Below are positions 9,970 to 22,243 of a stretch of DNA of 64,000 nt, piece after piece (the stretch's first letter is position 1; each line of letters starts with the position of its first letter). The notes under the pieces were generated by a model. It was not told the DNA's origin and searched no databases. It worked only from the letters and a program-made list of their open reading frames with translations. A program made the position numbers and the translations under genes. The stretch spans positions 1,054,001-1,118,000 of the forward strand of contig OX337230.1 of assembly GCA_946965045.2 (NCBI GenBank). The letters run 5' to 3'. The DNA is from Epithemia pelagica. Lineage: Eukaryota > Protista > Bacillariophyta.

Positions 9970-11054
9970 CTTGACTGTACAAAAATTAATTATTGAAATT
10001 CTCTACAGTATTGAAATTGGATTGATGTACAAAGACGTTAAGCACGCATCGCCAACAACAGTTTCCCTAAGTACCGATCGAGTAGGCACGTGCTTTGAGT
10101 CGTGATACCATTTCGCTAAAGGATGGCATCCTCGATAGACTGACAGCACAGAAATACCGCACACGAACATCTGTCATCTCGTCATCATGGACATTCTGGA
10201 TTTTTGTTGTTCTCCACAATTTTCCTGGGTGTCCCTGTCTGGTGCCCTTGATCGAGTTTCGAGGTTGTATTATTTGACTCTTTAGATAGATCGAGCTAGC
10301 AGCTCCGTTTGGGGTATCGTCTCAGTCTCAGACATCGCGGAGAGTTAGTGAGTGTTTAGTGTTTCCGTTGCGCGCCGGGTGGAACGACGGAGTGCTACAA
10401 ACGTCGCTTTCCGTTCTCTCGGACTTGGAATGGTGGTGCTTGATTGGCGCTTGGCGCCACTTTTTCTCGCGGTGCAGCTACCCATTCTCCAGAACAGGAC
10501 AGGCTCGGCTTGTCGTGGACCAAGATCAAGTTCACCTATGGGTAGCATGCGTCGGCATCGGCGACTCTTCCATGAAAATAACATTGGGCTTTACCGGCTA
10601 CTCCTTCCGGTGCGGCATTCACATTTAGAAGAAATTTCTTGAGACATGGCCGGATGAGATGCCGTGTCTGTCGATTGGAACCTCTTCATCTTTTTCTCGT
10701 ACTGGGAACTCGAGCTGCAACTTCCAACTCATCTCGAATCTCTCCTGAAACAAGGCAATTGGGAGAGAATATTATATTGTGACACTCTCTGGTGGTGAGA
10801 GAAACAACTCCATTGGTACCAAACATTGTTTCTTCTTCAAGACATTTTCGAGAGTGAGAGACAGTTTGAAGAGCACACCGCTGTTGCTGGAGAGATCAAT
10901 TGTTCTTTTGTGGAGCATGTGAGGTGGGAGCCGCAGTTCCCATTTCCCATTGGCAATTGGAAATTGGCAGTTCTCGTTTCATCCTCATCCACAGCATACC
11001 ATCTACCTTGAGGAATCATTCGTCTTCAACGTGTTGAATTCTTCGATCATCATC

Positions 11055-13076
11055 ATGTCTCAATCCCCAACAAAAACGACTCGGCCGTCGCCTCCATCCA
11101 AACATGATGCTGTTGCTGAAATGACTCCTGGCACGACGACAACAACGAAAAAGGCAACAACACCACAAGACCCCCAAGCACAACGTCCCCAACGGTTCTT
11201 GTCTCGAAAAGCGCGATTGATCCGATCCAAGAAAATGTTATCCAACTCTTTTTCATCGTCATCGTCCTCTCAATCAAGAAACCATTCCTCCTTCCAGGAT
11301 GATTCGTTTCCCTTGTCTCAATCGTCGTCTTGGTCCTCCCCTCCCAACCAGCCCTCTCATCACTCCAAAACGAAGAAGAAACAACACAGTCCTTTGACTC
11401 CTTCGACCGCTTCCTCGTCGTCAACGTCGTCTTCGTCGTCCTCTTGCTCCTCCTCGCCACATGACAACGTGACGACACGAACCAAAAAGACCCGCAACCC
11501 TCCCTCCTCCCCCAAACGCCGCTCTAGCAGCCCCACGAATGCGGCTGCAGCAGCAGCACCACACTCGTCGTTGTCCGAATCCAATACTACTACGAACTAC
11601 GCTGCTGCAGTCCCACCACATGATAGCTTTTTGGATGCCACATCGGCCTCCTTGGCCAAACGGCAATATGTGGTGCAACAAGCGCAATTACGAATTTCCT
11701 CCCTCCGAGCCTTGCGTGGGACTACTCGTAGTAGTAGTAGTAGTATGACGAGGAGCGGTACCAAGAAGGACGGTTCCCACCCACAATCAAAGTCAGTATC
11801 CTCCCCATGCCTCACCCACACCACCCCCCTGGACCACCACACGAACAATGAGAAGCACCAGATGCAAACCAAGGAATTGCCGCCTCCTCATCAACACCAA
11901 AATCCACGACCCCGACAAGCTGCTGCTGCTGTCGGAGGAGTACGAGGAGGAGTCACGGAATCGTCCGCTCCAGGACAATCACGACAAGGACCACACACAG
12001 CGACTTCGGTGCAACAACAACAACAACAACCACAACCCCGAATCCATGAGAAACGGTCCATTTCCATGATGCAACCGGAACGATATCGATTGTCTCATCG
12101 ACTCTTGACCGCAAACGATCCCTACAACTCCAAGAAGAAACACAACAACCAAAAGAACAACAAGAAACTCATTCTTCGATCCTGGTCGACGCGTCGGAGT
12201 CGAACGGCTCCTCCGTACCGTCCTTCACTCCAGGCCCGAATGGCGACAGTCGCGGAGGAAGAGGATCCAACCACGATGTCCCAAAACAAGCAGAAGAAGA
12301 AGAATCTGTCGCCCGCCTCTCGACGCATCCAAACCTTGTTTGAGGAGTATTTGGAAGGCCATCCCAAGAATCATCAAAAGAATGGCAATAACAAGAATGA
12401 GGAACAGGTCATTGTCGAAGGCCTTGTCCTGTTGCAACGACAAGGTACGAGTGGAATCAGTTATATCACGCGAGGGGAGGAGGAGGATGTCTGGTCCGAA
12501 CCAGCCAGTTTGCAGGCCTTGGGAATTCATACTGACAGTGCGTGTAACAACTTTTTGGTTCATGCCTTTGAACGAGACACTTACTACGACGACGAAGAAG
12601 AAGACCCCTTGGTACTCGTGAAGGCAAAAGATGCCTCGTATTTGGAACAAGAAGAAGAAGAAGAATATTCTCTTCTTTCTCCCAAGAAAAAGAACGATGC
12701 GTACGACCAGAAAATGGCGAATCATTCTCGTGTCCAAGAACAAGCCATTGATGCCTTGTCCATGTCTCTCATGTCGTGGGGTGCCCCCAACCTTGTTCTG
12801 GAAGAGGGAGAGGAGGAGAAACTTTCAGAGCCGTTGGACCGCAAAACGACCAAGGAGGACAGCAAGCAAGAGGATGTCGACCCGGATGTTCCCGTGCAGA
12901 ATGTCATTGTGGTCACCACCACTGCCATGCAACCCACCAATAAGAAGACGCCAGACAAGTGTTTTGTTCCGGAATCACAGGGGTACACATTCGAGAACCA
13001 ATGGTGGATCACGACACAGTTCCTAAATGATGCCAATTGTCTGGGTGGTTCGACCAAAGGTACTTGTGGGTGGTAG
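11055..13076 (+). CDS. Hypothetical Ser/Thr/Gln-rich, largely disordered protein
   Basis: A 708-aa open frame starts at 10950; the first in-frame ATG is at 11055 (MSQSPTK). No recognisable domain. Confidence 0.75.
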   Translation: MSQSPTKTTRPSPPSKHDAVAEMTPGTTTTTKKATTPQDPQAQRPQRFLSRKARLIRSKKMLSNSFSSSSSSQSRNHSSFQDDSFPLSQSSSWSSPPNQPSHHSKTKKKQHSPLTPSTASSSSTSSSSSSCSSSPHDNVTTRTKKTRNPPSSPKRRSSSPTNAAAAAAPHSSLSESNTTTNYAAAVPPHDSFLDATSASLAKRQYVVQQAQLRISSLRALRGTTRSSSSSMTRSGTKKDGSHPQSKSVSSPCLTHTTPLDHHTNNEKHQMQTKELPPPHQHQNPRPRQAAAAVGGVRGGVTESSAPGQSRQGPHTATSVQQQQQQPQPRIHEKRSISMMQPERYRLSHRLLTANDPYNSKKKHNNQKNNKKLILRSWSTRRSRTAPPYRPSLQARMATVAEEEDPTTMSQNKQKKKNLSPASRRIQTLFEEYLEGHPKNHQKNGNNKNEEQVIVEGLVLLQRQGTSGISYITRGEEEDVWSEPASLQALGIHTDSACNNFLVHAFERDTYYDDEEEDPLVLVKAKDASYLEQEEEEEYSLLSPKKKNDAYDQKMANHSRVQEQAIDALSMSLMSWGAPNLVLEEGEEEKLSEPLDRKTTKEDSKQEDVDPDVPVQNVIVVTTTAMQPTNKKTPDKCFVPESQGYTFENQWWITTQFLNDANCLGGSTKGTCGW

Positions 13077-13257
13077 TCAGGGGAGAGGAGACTATACTAA
13101 ACGAGCCGTAGTTAGGTGGTGGCGAAGAGACGGCGAAACGCTTACCAACGACTGGACCTAGTGACGAGACACTTGGTCATGTCATATAAACTTGATTACA
13201 TCTGTTATTGTGAAGCTAAGCTTGAGTGCAAACATTCGTATTTCTCGTAGTGGTTTC

Positions 13258-16200
13258 TTAAAACCCATTCAATGAGCAGTAGGAATCTCCACCAGAATCA
13301 GCCGAACCCACCGAGACCAAGAAATCGGCCTCGTCCGTTTTCACTTGCTTCTTGGACTTTTTCTTCTTTAGATCTGCGTTGCTTTCAAAAATGTTACCAC
13401 ATTCCGTCATGTAAAGTGCTGCGGGTGGCAACCATTGAGCAGACTTTTCCCATTCAAAAAAAGTGTAATCGTCGTCGTCATCCATGTCGTGAACGACAAT
13501 ATCGTCGTCATCGCTTTCCATACTTTCTTCCTCGGATTCATCGTCTTCGTCTTCTCCCATTTGCTGTTCATGCAACTCGCTCAGGGTACGCTTCAGTTTT
13601 TCGAATGCAACCTCCTCCTCCTCGGCTTTTTCAAGTGCCGAGAAGAAGGATACTGCGGGTTGCAACCACTCTGTCATGAAGTCAGGCATTTCTTCTGGCT
13701 CCTCTTCTTCGTCTAAGGTTCCCTCTCCTTCGCTGGCTGTACTGCCTTCACCCGAATCTGCGCTCTTGTTTTCTTCCGCGTCCAACATGGGAAGATCTCG
13801 CGCGACCTCAATTTCACCGTCTTCATCAATTACAACCGCCTCGTTTTTCCTTGACTTCAGTACACTAAGCAGGTGGCGACTTCTCGATCCAAAGCCTGGG
13901 TCGTTTCCATCGCCAGATACTTTCTCATTGCTGGGAATCTCGTCCCCGTCTTCAGCGAAAGAAACAGTCATTTTGGGTTTTGTAGCTGTTGTCTCGTCAG
14001 TCTTTGCGGTTCCCTCCCTGTCCATTTCGGTTGCCTTTTCTTCCACCAGGTTTGTAGTTGGCAGTTCGGGCTTAGACTCTGCGATTTCTGATTCCTCCAT
14101 TTGCTTCGACGTTAGCGATCCATGAATAGGTTTGGTAGCTGTTGGCACCTTGACCGCCGTCTCCAATGGATCCTTTTCCGAGGTAGACCTCTGCGGGGGT
14201 GGCGCGTCGTCCTCCGTTTGTTTCCTTCTCTTTGTCGCTTTTGATACAAGTTCAGATGCTGGAATGACCACGCGGTTGCGACTCTGGTTGTTCATGATAT
14301 TTCCCTGTTCAGCACCCTTGCGGGGCGATAGTCTACGCCATCGGACAGCTCGGTCGTTGTCTAACGGACTTCCATTCCTTGCTGTCTGCTTCTGTGCCAT
14401 CCTTTTTGAAAACGGGGACGTTGGTCTTTTGAGCTGGTTCGTCGGAAGATCACTTAGCGCCTCAACTGGTTCGTTCTTTGGTTTGCTCGCATCCTTTTCA
14501 ACTTGGTTTGAGTTCTCGTCACGATCTTCTCTCGCTTCACTAATGGGTCCTTTGTGCGCATTGTTATCGTCGAGAGAGTCTTCGTCTTTCTTTCCTTGGC
14601 TGAACTCTTCCGTGGAACTATTCTCGTTGCTTTGGAGGTCGTGCTTTTCTTTTGCTTGTTCCGCGAGAGGTTGCGTGAATGATACACTCTTCTCGTTGCT
14701 TTGGAGGTCGTGCTTTTCTTTTGCTTGTTCCGCGAGAGGTTGCGTGAATGATACACTCTTCTCGTTGCTTTGGAGGTCGTGCTTTTCTTTTGCTTGTTCC
14801 GCGAGAGGTTGCGTGAATGATACACTCTTCTCGTTGCTTTGGAGGTCGTGCTTTTCTTTTGCTTGTTCCGAGAGAGGTTGCGTGAATGATACACTCTTCA
14901 CTGTCGAGGCTTCAGATTTCTGCTTGGATTCCTCAACGACAATTCTATCGTTTTCCTGTTTCATTGGTTCTGACGGAAATTTATGACACTCTATTCCTCC
15001 AACTTCGATTGCGTTTCTTGTAACCCCTGGTGTCGTCGAAGATGTTGTGGCGATTGCTTCGATGTTGACGTCATCGGCAGACTCGCTTTCATTCTCCTTC
15101 CGCGATTTCTTAGGTGATGCTGAGGCATGTTCGTCGGTGCTCAACACTCTTTTGATAGAACTAGATGCTTCTTCAGAACCACTCGCAGCAGCTCTCTCCA
15201 CCACATTTTGATGTGCCTCATCATACGAGGCTTCGTCCGTCGATGTGCTTTCAGTGATCTTTTGATGCTCCTTACCTTGGTCCTTCTCCAGAGCCTTGTC
15301 TTGGCTATGAGGCACTTCTTCGATCTTTTTAGTCGCTTGTTTGGTCTTGCTTACTGTCTTCTTGTGTGAACCTGTGCTTTTCGGTTTCGGTTTCGGCTTC
15401 GGTTTATTCTCTTTCTTCTTGTTGTTCTTTGTTGTCTTCCAAGAATAATTTTGAAGCTGATTCTGAACTTTTTCGAGGAGAGCACCTGGATCTTGTTTTA
15501 CATTCGCTGCCCCGTCGTCCTTGGCGTTCGACTTTGTTGTTGTCGTTTTTGACCCAATGGCACTATTTTCCGAAGACTTTGGGCGTCCAGGGTCTTGGGA
15601 GTTTTGCTTTGGCTTGCGAATAACGGTTGGTGCATGAAGTGTCTGAATATGGACTGATTTGGTGATATTGGAAGTCGGAGCACTTCTCAGATGGCTATGT
15701 AACATAGGTGTACTAGCACACAGTGGAGTCGGCACCTCGTGCAAAGAAGCTTGCGGTTTAGCAATATACGTTTTCATTGAGCTGGCCATTGAAGATGGAA
15801 CGGAAAAGCGAGCAATGACAAAATGGGGTTCGTGCCTTTTTGTCGTCTCCTCATGGTTTGGAACGGAACAAGGAGAATCTTTGTTCTCTACCTCAGTCGC
15901 TGTATCAGAGATAGGACCGGTGACATCATCATTTGACGTATGATCCACCTCCGGATTCGTTGACTTAGTATCTAATTCGCTTGAACAGTTGGAATTCTTG
16001 TCATCTCTCTCCTTCTTAGGTTCCACCGGGTTTGAATCGTTCAATCTGGGGCTGGATACAGCAAGAGTTTCTGACTTCTTCGCATTCATCACATGGGATG
16101 CAACGGTGTCATCCGGCACAGCAATGGAGGAGCTGATTGAGACATTGGAATCTTCGTTTTTCCAGGGACTGACTATTTCGGGAACAGTCGGATTGCTCAC

Positions 16201-19200
16201 TTTGGGGGCTTCCGACGGGTGTTTGGTCGTAGGATTCAATGACCATGTCCAAACTGAGTTGGTGCTGTCAACATTTGTCGAATCTGTCTCTTTCTTTGGT
16301 TCCTCTTCATGAGAAATGACCAATGTCGTGGATGTGGATCCAACTGGAGAGCCCTCAGTCTGAGCGATCACCTTGGATTTTTCAGAGGCACTTGATGTGC
16401 TGGACACATTGGCATCATTCTCAATCTCCGGCTTTTTCTTCTCAGAAACAGATGCATCGGCCACCTTCAGTGATGCCTCAGAAACAGATGCATCGGCCAC
16501 CTTCAGTGATGCCTCAGAAACAGATGCATCGGCCACCTTCAGTGATACCTCAGAAACAGATGCATCGGCCACCTTCAGTGATGCCTCAGACACAGATGCA
16601 TCGGCCACCTTCAGTTCTGATTGCTGATCACCGACCGGATTCAAGGACCACGCCCATAAAGAGCTTGTATTGCTGTCATTTGATGAATTTACCTCGTTCT
16701 CCGGTTCTATCTTTTTATTTTCTGTCATGGGAGAAGATGCGACAGGGTTAGGGGAGATGCTGGTCGTCGCTTTAGATGCCTCAGTGGGTGGTAGGGCTAT
16801 GGTGGAGGGGCTGGCGACATCGGGGGTTTTCTGGCTATTTGAATTCGTCGTTTCAGAAGAGGTGGGAGAATTTTCCTTGAGTATCTCAGATGACGGATTC
16901 GCCACAGAATTCAACGGCCACGGCCAAAATACTCCAGAGATGGCATTTGTCGAGTCTGTCTGTTTCTTACTTTCAACCTGAACAGAACTGGTAATTGTAA
17001 TAGGCGTCGATGCCGCTGGAGTGGAAACTGTGCCGGAAATCATCTTGAGTGTTCCCGTGGTATCCTTTTCATTTATTGTGAAGCTGCTGTTAATCCTGTT
17101 ACCCGGATTGACAGGAGTATTTAGCGATCCAGTTTTGGAATACGGTCTCTCTGCAGAGGTTATTGCTTCATCTTTAAAACTTGATGTTTTCTTGTTCTTA
17201 CCCATATGGGCGACGGAACTTCTGTCGCTTGGACCAGGGGTGACAGCAGAATCGCTCACCATGGAAGCAGCAAACGCAAGGGCAGTTCTTGTTACTTCTG
17301 CCGATATATCAGAAATATCTGGAGTCAAAACCGGGATTTTGGCGTCTCGGGTCTTTGTCTGTTTCTTTTTGGTCCCCGCAACAACAGTCGAAGTCTTCCC
17401 CTTCTTTGACCTAATAACAGCTTCAATGGCTTCATAGTCAGAATCAGGATTCACCGACTTTTTTATAGATACTGAAGTCATCGTTTTCTTTCCAGTTGCT
17501 GTAGAAGCGGGGGCTTTGGGAGGTGTGACAGTTTGTCCAATCTGGAAGGAGGCTTTCGCAACAGCCATCAGAGATGATGGCGAGAAAAGACTGGAATTTG
17601 CTTTTCCCAGAGTTGCACCATCTCTCGAACAGGTAGAGGACCCATTTCCACTCATCGAAGCAGAAGCTGGAGGAGAAGGAGCAGCTCTAGATGCAGTTTG
17701 AGATGACTTGGCAAATGCCACCAAAGACGATGGCTTCAGAGTGGTGGTGCTGCCATCGTCTGAACTCGTTCTGTTGCCATTCGGAGAAATGGCGGGTTGG
17801 GTTCCAGAAACCGGAGGCTTGTGAGCTGTTCTGGCCATAGCGACCAAAGACGACGGCCGAAGCAGCCCTTTCTTGCCATCTCCTTCAGATATGTCCTTTT
17901 TCTCAGCCAAGGAACTCATGGCTTGGGTTCCTTTTAAGCTTGTCGAAGCAGTTGGTTTCCTCACGGTGGAGAGGCCCTCACCAGTAGAATTGGCAAGTGG
18001 TTTCGTCTTTCTTGCCATGTTACGCAGAGACGATGGCCGTAGGATACTCGTGTTACTGCCACCATCAGTGTTCCTCTTACTCTTCGTGTCAAAGGCAAGG
18101 GCTGGTTTATTGTTCCTCAGAAGACGAAGTGAGGAGGGACGCAGTACAACTGCCAGGCCTCCGTTGTCACCCTCTTCATCTTTCTTCTCTTCTTCCTTCG
18201 TCAAAGAGGTGGACGAAGCGCTGGTTCCCGTCGCACTCCTTTCGCGGTTGGTGTGTGATGAGGATTCGAGCGACAATGCGACTTCAGTTTTAATCTTGCC
18301 TTCTTTTTGATCACGCTGTCTGTCCTCGTCTTGGTTACTTTGTTCGTCTGCAATTGGTCCATGAGAAAGAATGGCTTCAATGTTTTCGTCCTCTTCCGGG
18401 GAAACTTCTTCGCACGAGCCCACAGCGTCTTCGGGGGAAAGTTCAACTGGAACTGGATTCAACGGATCCAGTCTCACTGGATCTTCGTTGTCATCTCTGG
18501 ATGTGAAGGAAAGCACTGTCTCAATCAATGCCTGGGCGGTTCCCCCGAAAGTTGCTTGCTCTTGACTTTTGCCATGCTCCCGATGAAATTGATCTGTCAG
18601 TTGCGGTGAGGGAATATCACCGCTGGGATGAAAGGAAAAGGACAAGACTGTTTCGATCTGAGCATCACCATCATCCTCTTCGACCTCTTCTACTTCATAA
18701 TCTTCTACAACACCTGTGGCATCCTCAGGAACCAATTCGACCGCAACTTCTTCGTTGCTGATTTCCGATGGACCATGCATGTTCGGTTCTTGAAATCCTC
18801 CCGAAGCAAATGAAAAGACGGTTTCTATCGTCGCAGAACCTTGTGCCTCGCTCGTATTCATGTGGTCGTCGGCTGTGACACCATCTGCTGAACGAGAACC
18901 AGCTTCCTTACCCGTGGCATGTTCGGGAGCGAGCGCCATTGATATGGCATCCAAATGCATTGGTTTGTGCGTGGCACCACTGCTGCTGTCCTGTCGCCAG
19001 TTTGAAGACGGGACTCTGTCCTCCTCCAAAAACGAGGAGGCGAAGGAGAAGACAGTTTCAAGGATACCAACATCATCGTGGTTGTCCGCTGTTGTCGATT
19101 CGGAAACAGTTCGGGTGTCGTTCGTTTTGGTTGCACTCACAGGATTCCAGTGCTGTTGTTCGTCCATGATTTGCGCCTCTTGATGAACTGTTCCAGACGT

Positions 19201-19557
19201 TGTCGAGTCATGCTCCGGATGCGAGTGAGAATTGTTTTCAGTGGTCTTGTCCGGAGATGTGCTCGATTGGGCTTGGTCGCTGGCGATCCCCGTTGCATCA
19301 GCTGGAGCAATTGTCATGGCTTGTGTTGGTATGGTCGGTGAGGTGACCGACTCTTGATTTGTCAACGTGGAAGTGAATGACAGAACCGTCTCAATCACTA
19401 CCGACGAGTCCACCATTTCGTTTGTGGTAGAAGCGTTTCTAAAATCTTGGGGAGTTTCTTCTTCACTGTTTGCAGCTCCTTCAGGTTCTCGTTTGTTTGG
19501 CTTTGTACGCGGATCTGAAGCCAAAGATGTAGGTTTAGTCTCTACGGCCTCCTTTGT

Positions 19558-19589
<32 letters not shown>

Positions 19590-21105
19590 TATTCTGGACT
19601 GTGCTTGTATCCGCCTCTGGAGAGACGATGTCTTCTGGACACTCAGCCTCCGCGTTGGGATTCGTCGGTTGCGGAATGACCATGGTGTCTGGTGACTGCT
19701 CCATGATCGATTCTTTCTCCTCTTCATTAACCTGTGATGCTTGGGCATCAAGGCGCTCCTCCGTGTCTGTGGACGTGACTGGCTCTGGGGCGTGTAGCTT
19801 GATAGAGGAATCTTGATCCAAAGTAATACCTGGAGACTTCAACTCTTGTTGCTCTTGAGGTTGCACTTGAGCTTGCTCCAGTTGTGGCTTCGACGCATCT
19901 GTCGCTTTCTCGGTCAGTGGTTGTGGCTCTGCGCCTTGTTCGTTCTCGTCCTTCTTCTCCACCGATTGAGGGACGTCCGAATGAGATGAAGAATGACGCC
20001 GAGAACGAGTTGAATACAAGGTGGGTGTACCATACAGCTGCAACTCTTGTTGTTGTTGTTGTTGTGGTGATGTATCGTCGGATGGATCAAGTTCTTCTTC
20101 TTCCTCTCCCTCTTCGGCCGTGTGGAGGAGGGGTTGGAGTGGAAGTTCATTGTTTAACAAGAGAATGGTACTCGAAGAAGCGCTCGCTCCGGAAAGAATG
20201 GACATGGTGTCGGTATCCTTGTATTGGTGTTGCTGCTGCTGCAGTGGACTCAGAAGCGCATCCGAATAGTGCGTTGTCGTCTCATCGTCTTCATCGTGTG
20301 TCCAACACGACGACTCTTCCCATGCCGGTGGTACTTGACTGCTGCTAATGCTTTGGGAACAAAAGGATGGATCCACCATGGGACGATTGTCTTCTACACC
20401 ACCAACCGAACCCATGCTGTCAATGTGAGGAACACCAGGCCCGGTGTAGGATTCGTCAGTGTTGGGCTGCTGGAGATTTCGAAACCGTCTCAAGGAGGAG
20501 GACAACAACAAGGCGGGTGGAACGGCTGGATTCGGAACCGCATCATTCTTGAAGGTTCGTTGCATGCACGGCGGCGATGGATGCCGTGTGGTGGTATCTT
20601 GTTGTTCCATGTTGTTGTGATTGTTGTTCTGTTGCGTGGATTCTTGGACCACTGGAGCGGTCAAAAAGCCATCCAATCCAGCCGTGGTCAAACCCAAAGG
20701 ATCGTCCTCGTCGTTGCCGCTGTGAAGCGTCAAGCCATTGTCCGACAGAGACGAACCATCCGTTTGGGTAACGGATGGTGTTGGCAGATCGTTGTTACCT
20801 TGGGGAGGTTCCGACTCCGTATTCATGTTGTTTCCGTGGATTTGTTTGCCCCAACTTTCGGTACGGATTGGATCTGTTCCACTGGGTTTGTTGATGATTC
20901 TCGTTTTGAGAGCGGACGGCCGTGTAGTAATGACTTTGTCCACTTCACACTGGATGAGAGACGGCAACCCACTCAATTTCGACACACAGACAACAGATTT
21001 GGCAACGACAAAGTGGTTCGCTCTCTCTTCGAATTGATTCTTGTGAGGCCTTGCTAGCGTGCAAAGGCGTGCAAGAGAACCGTACGATTTTTGGTCACCG
21101 GCCAA
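13258..21105 (-). CDS. Very large (~2500-2600 aa) Ser/Thr/Glu/Asp-rich disordered protein with internal tandem repeats; probable start at 20826 (MNTESE)
   Basis: 7.8-kb uninterrupted ORF with an acidic C-terminus. No recognisable catalytic motif. Confidence 0.8.
14623..14898. repeat. Coding tandem repeat, 4 x 69 bp (KSVSFTQPLAEQAKEKHDLQSNE)
   Basis: Near-identical units start at 14623, 14692, 14761 and 14830. Confidence 0.92.
16441..16614. repeat. Coding tandem repeat, ~5 x 36 bp (LKVADASVSEAS)
   Basis: Units start at 16441, 16477, 16513, 16549 and 16585. Confidence 0.92.
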
Positions 21106-22243
21106 ACGAGAAATCTAGGGATTCGTCGACAAAGGTTGTCGGGCAAACGTACAGTAGAACGGATGCAATGGATGCATCTGTTGTCAATTTTTGGGCAGCT
21201 CTGGTCGGTGGGGGAATCCCACCCTTATGTGCAAGGATGGCGAATGTCAGTTGCACTTTGGATTTTGTGAAGGGAACGCAGTCGACCAATCTTGGATGTG
21301 AATTGGGTCACGTAAAGCGACCCATCCCTTAAATCGATGTCCGCTCCAAAATTTAGTGCGGAGTCATCGACCTCCGACATGCGTATGGATTCTAGTTAAC
21401 TTTCATCTCTTTCGTTTGACAGGCGTTGTCATCTAATTAATTAAAGCATCCGCGCCCGCCCTCCTAAAGTTATATAAGACTATCGGAAGTCTTCGTTGGA
21501 TCTTGGGGGTCGTAGGAGTCACGACTATCTATGATCTCCCCCCAAACTCATTCCCCATCACGCCGGGTGCGTCTTCATTCTTCATGCGCTATCATCTATC
21601 ACATACAATAATTGAGGGTAGGTAAGGGTGACACACAAAGCATCTCTACCAATGCGTCGATGGAACCCTTCGGCGACGGGAAGAACGGGAGATTCAACAA
21701 TCAATACCAACAAGAAAATCAAAGATTCGTGACTTAGTTTGTATAGGGCAGCGACTCATGGTCAACAAATTGCTTCTTCTGAAGGATATACGGACGCAAG
21801 GACACTCAACCATACGAACGCAGCAACCAAACAAAGGGTTGCTCGGGAGACATTTGTACTCCTAGGAGTAGTAGATTAGCAAAGCTCATTGAAAGGGTGC
21901 TTTTGTATTACCATAGCATTAAAGATTTCAGAGAAGTTGCTCTTTCTATCTGTTCGTATTGCAAAAAATTATCATTGTGCCTCCTGCACCGAGTCGTTGG
22001 TGCATGGACATTCTAGCACATTTCGTTCTTTGGAACAAAATTTACGGTATGAACGTCCGGAGAGACACAGCATATGTGGAGACAAAGGATCTCTCCTTCT
22101 CGTCGCTGCTCTCCACATGGATCCACCACAAGGTGTCCCTCGCACACAGCGCACGCCTTGATACAACATTTCCTTCCCTCTGGAGTGGGTGGCTCTCCGA
22201 GTTATGTGTCCATCGATAGGTTGTGCCGTGTGCTGTCCTGTGA

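Noticed and set aside
9572-10105. Several overlapping ORFs with VDVCG/WIHK repeats
   Set aside because: They are translation artefacts of the palindromic repeat array, which is open in most frames.
10017-10900. Intergenic stretch examined for tRNA, rRNA or snRNA
   Set aside because: No recognisable RNA-gene signature here or elsewhere in the window; the only tRNA-like match is the 14-nt PBS.
14623-16614. Regular direct repeats that could be mistaken for CRISPR arrays (also 29039-30106)
   Set aside because: There are no unique spacers, the unit lengths are multiples of 3 inside ORFs, the context is eukaryotic and no cas genes are present.
13272-21332. Many plus-strand ORFs of 60-284 aa opposite the 2615-aa gene
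   Set aside because: They are antisense shadows of a low-complexity coding strand.
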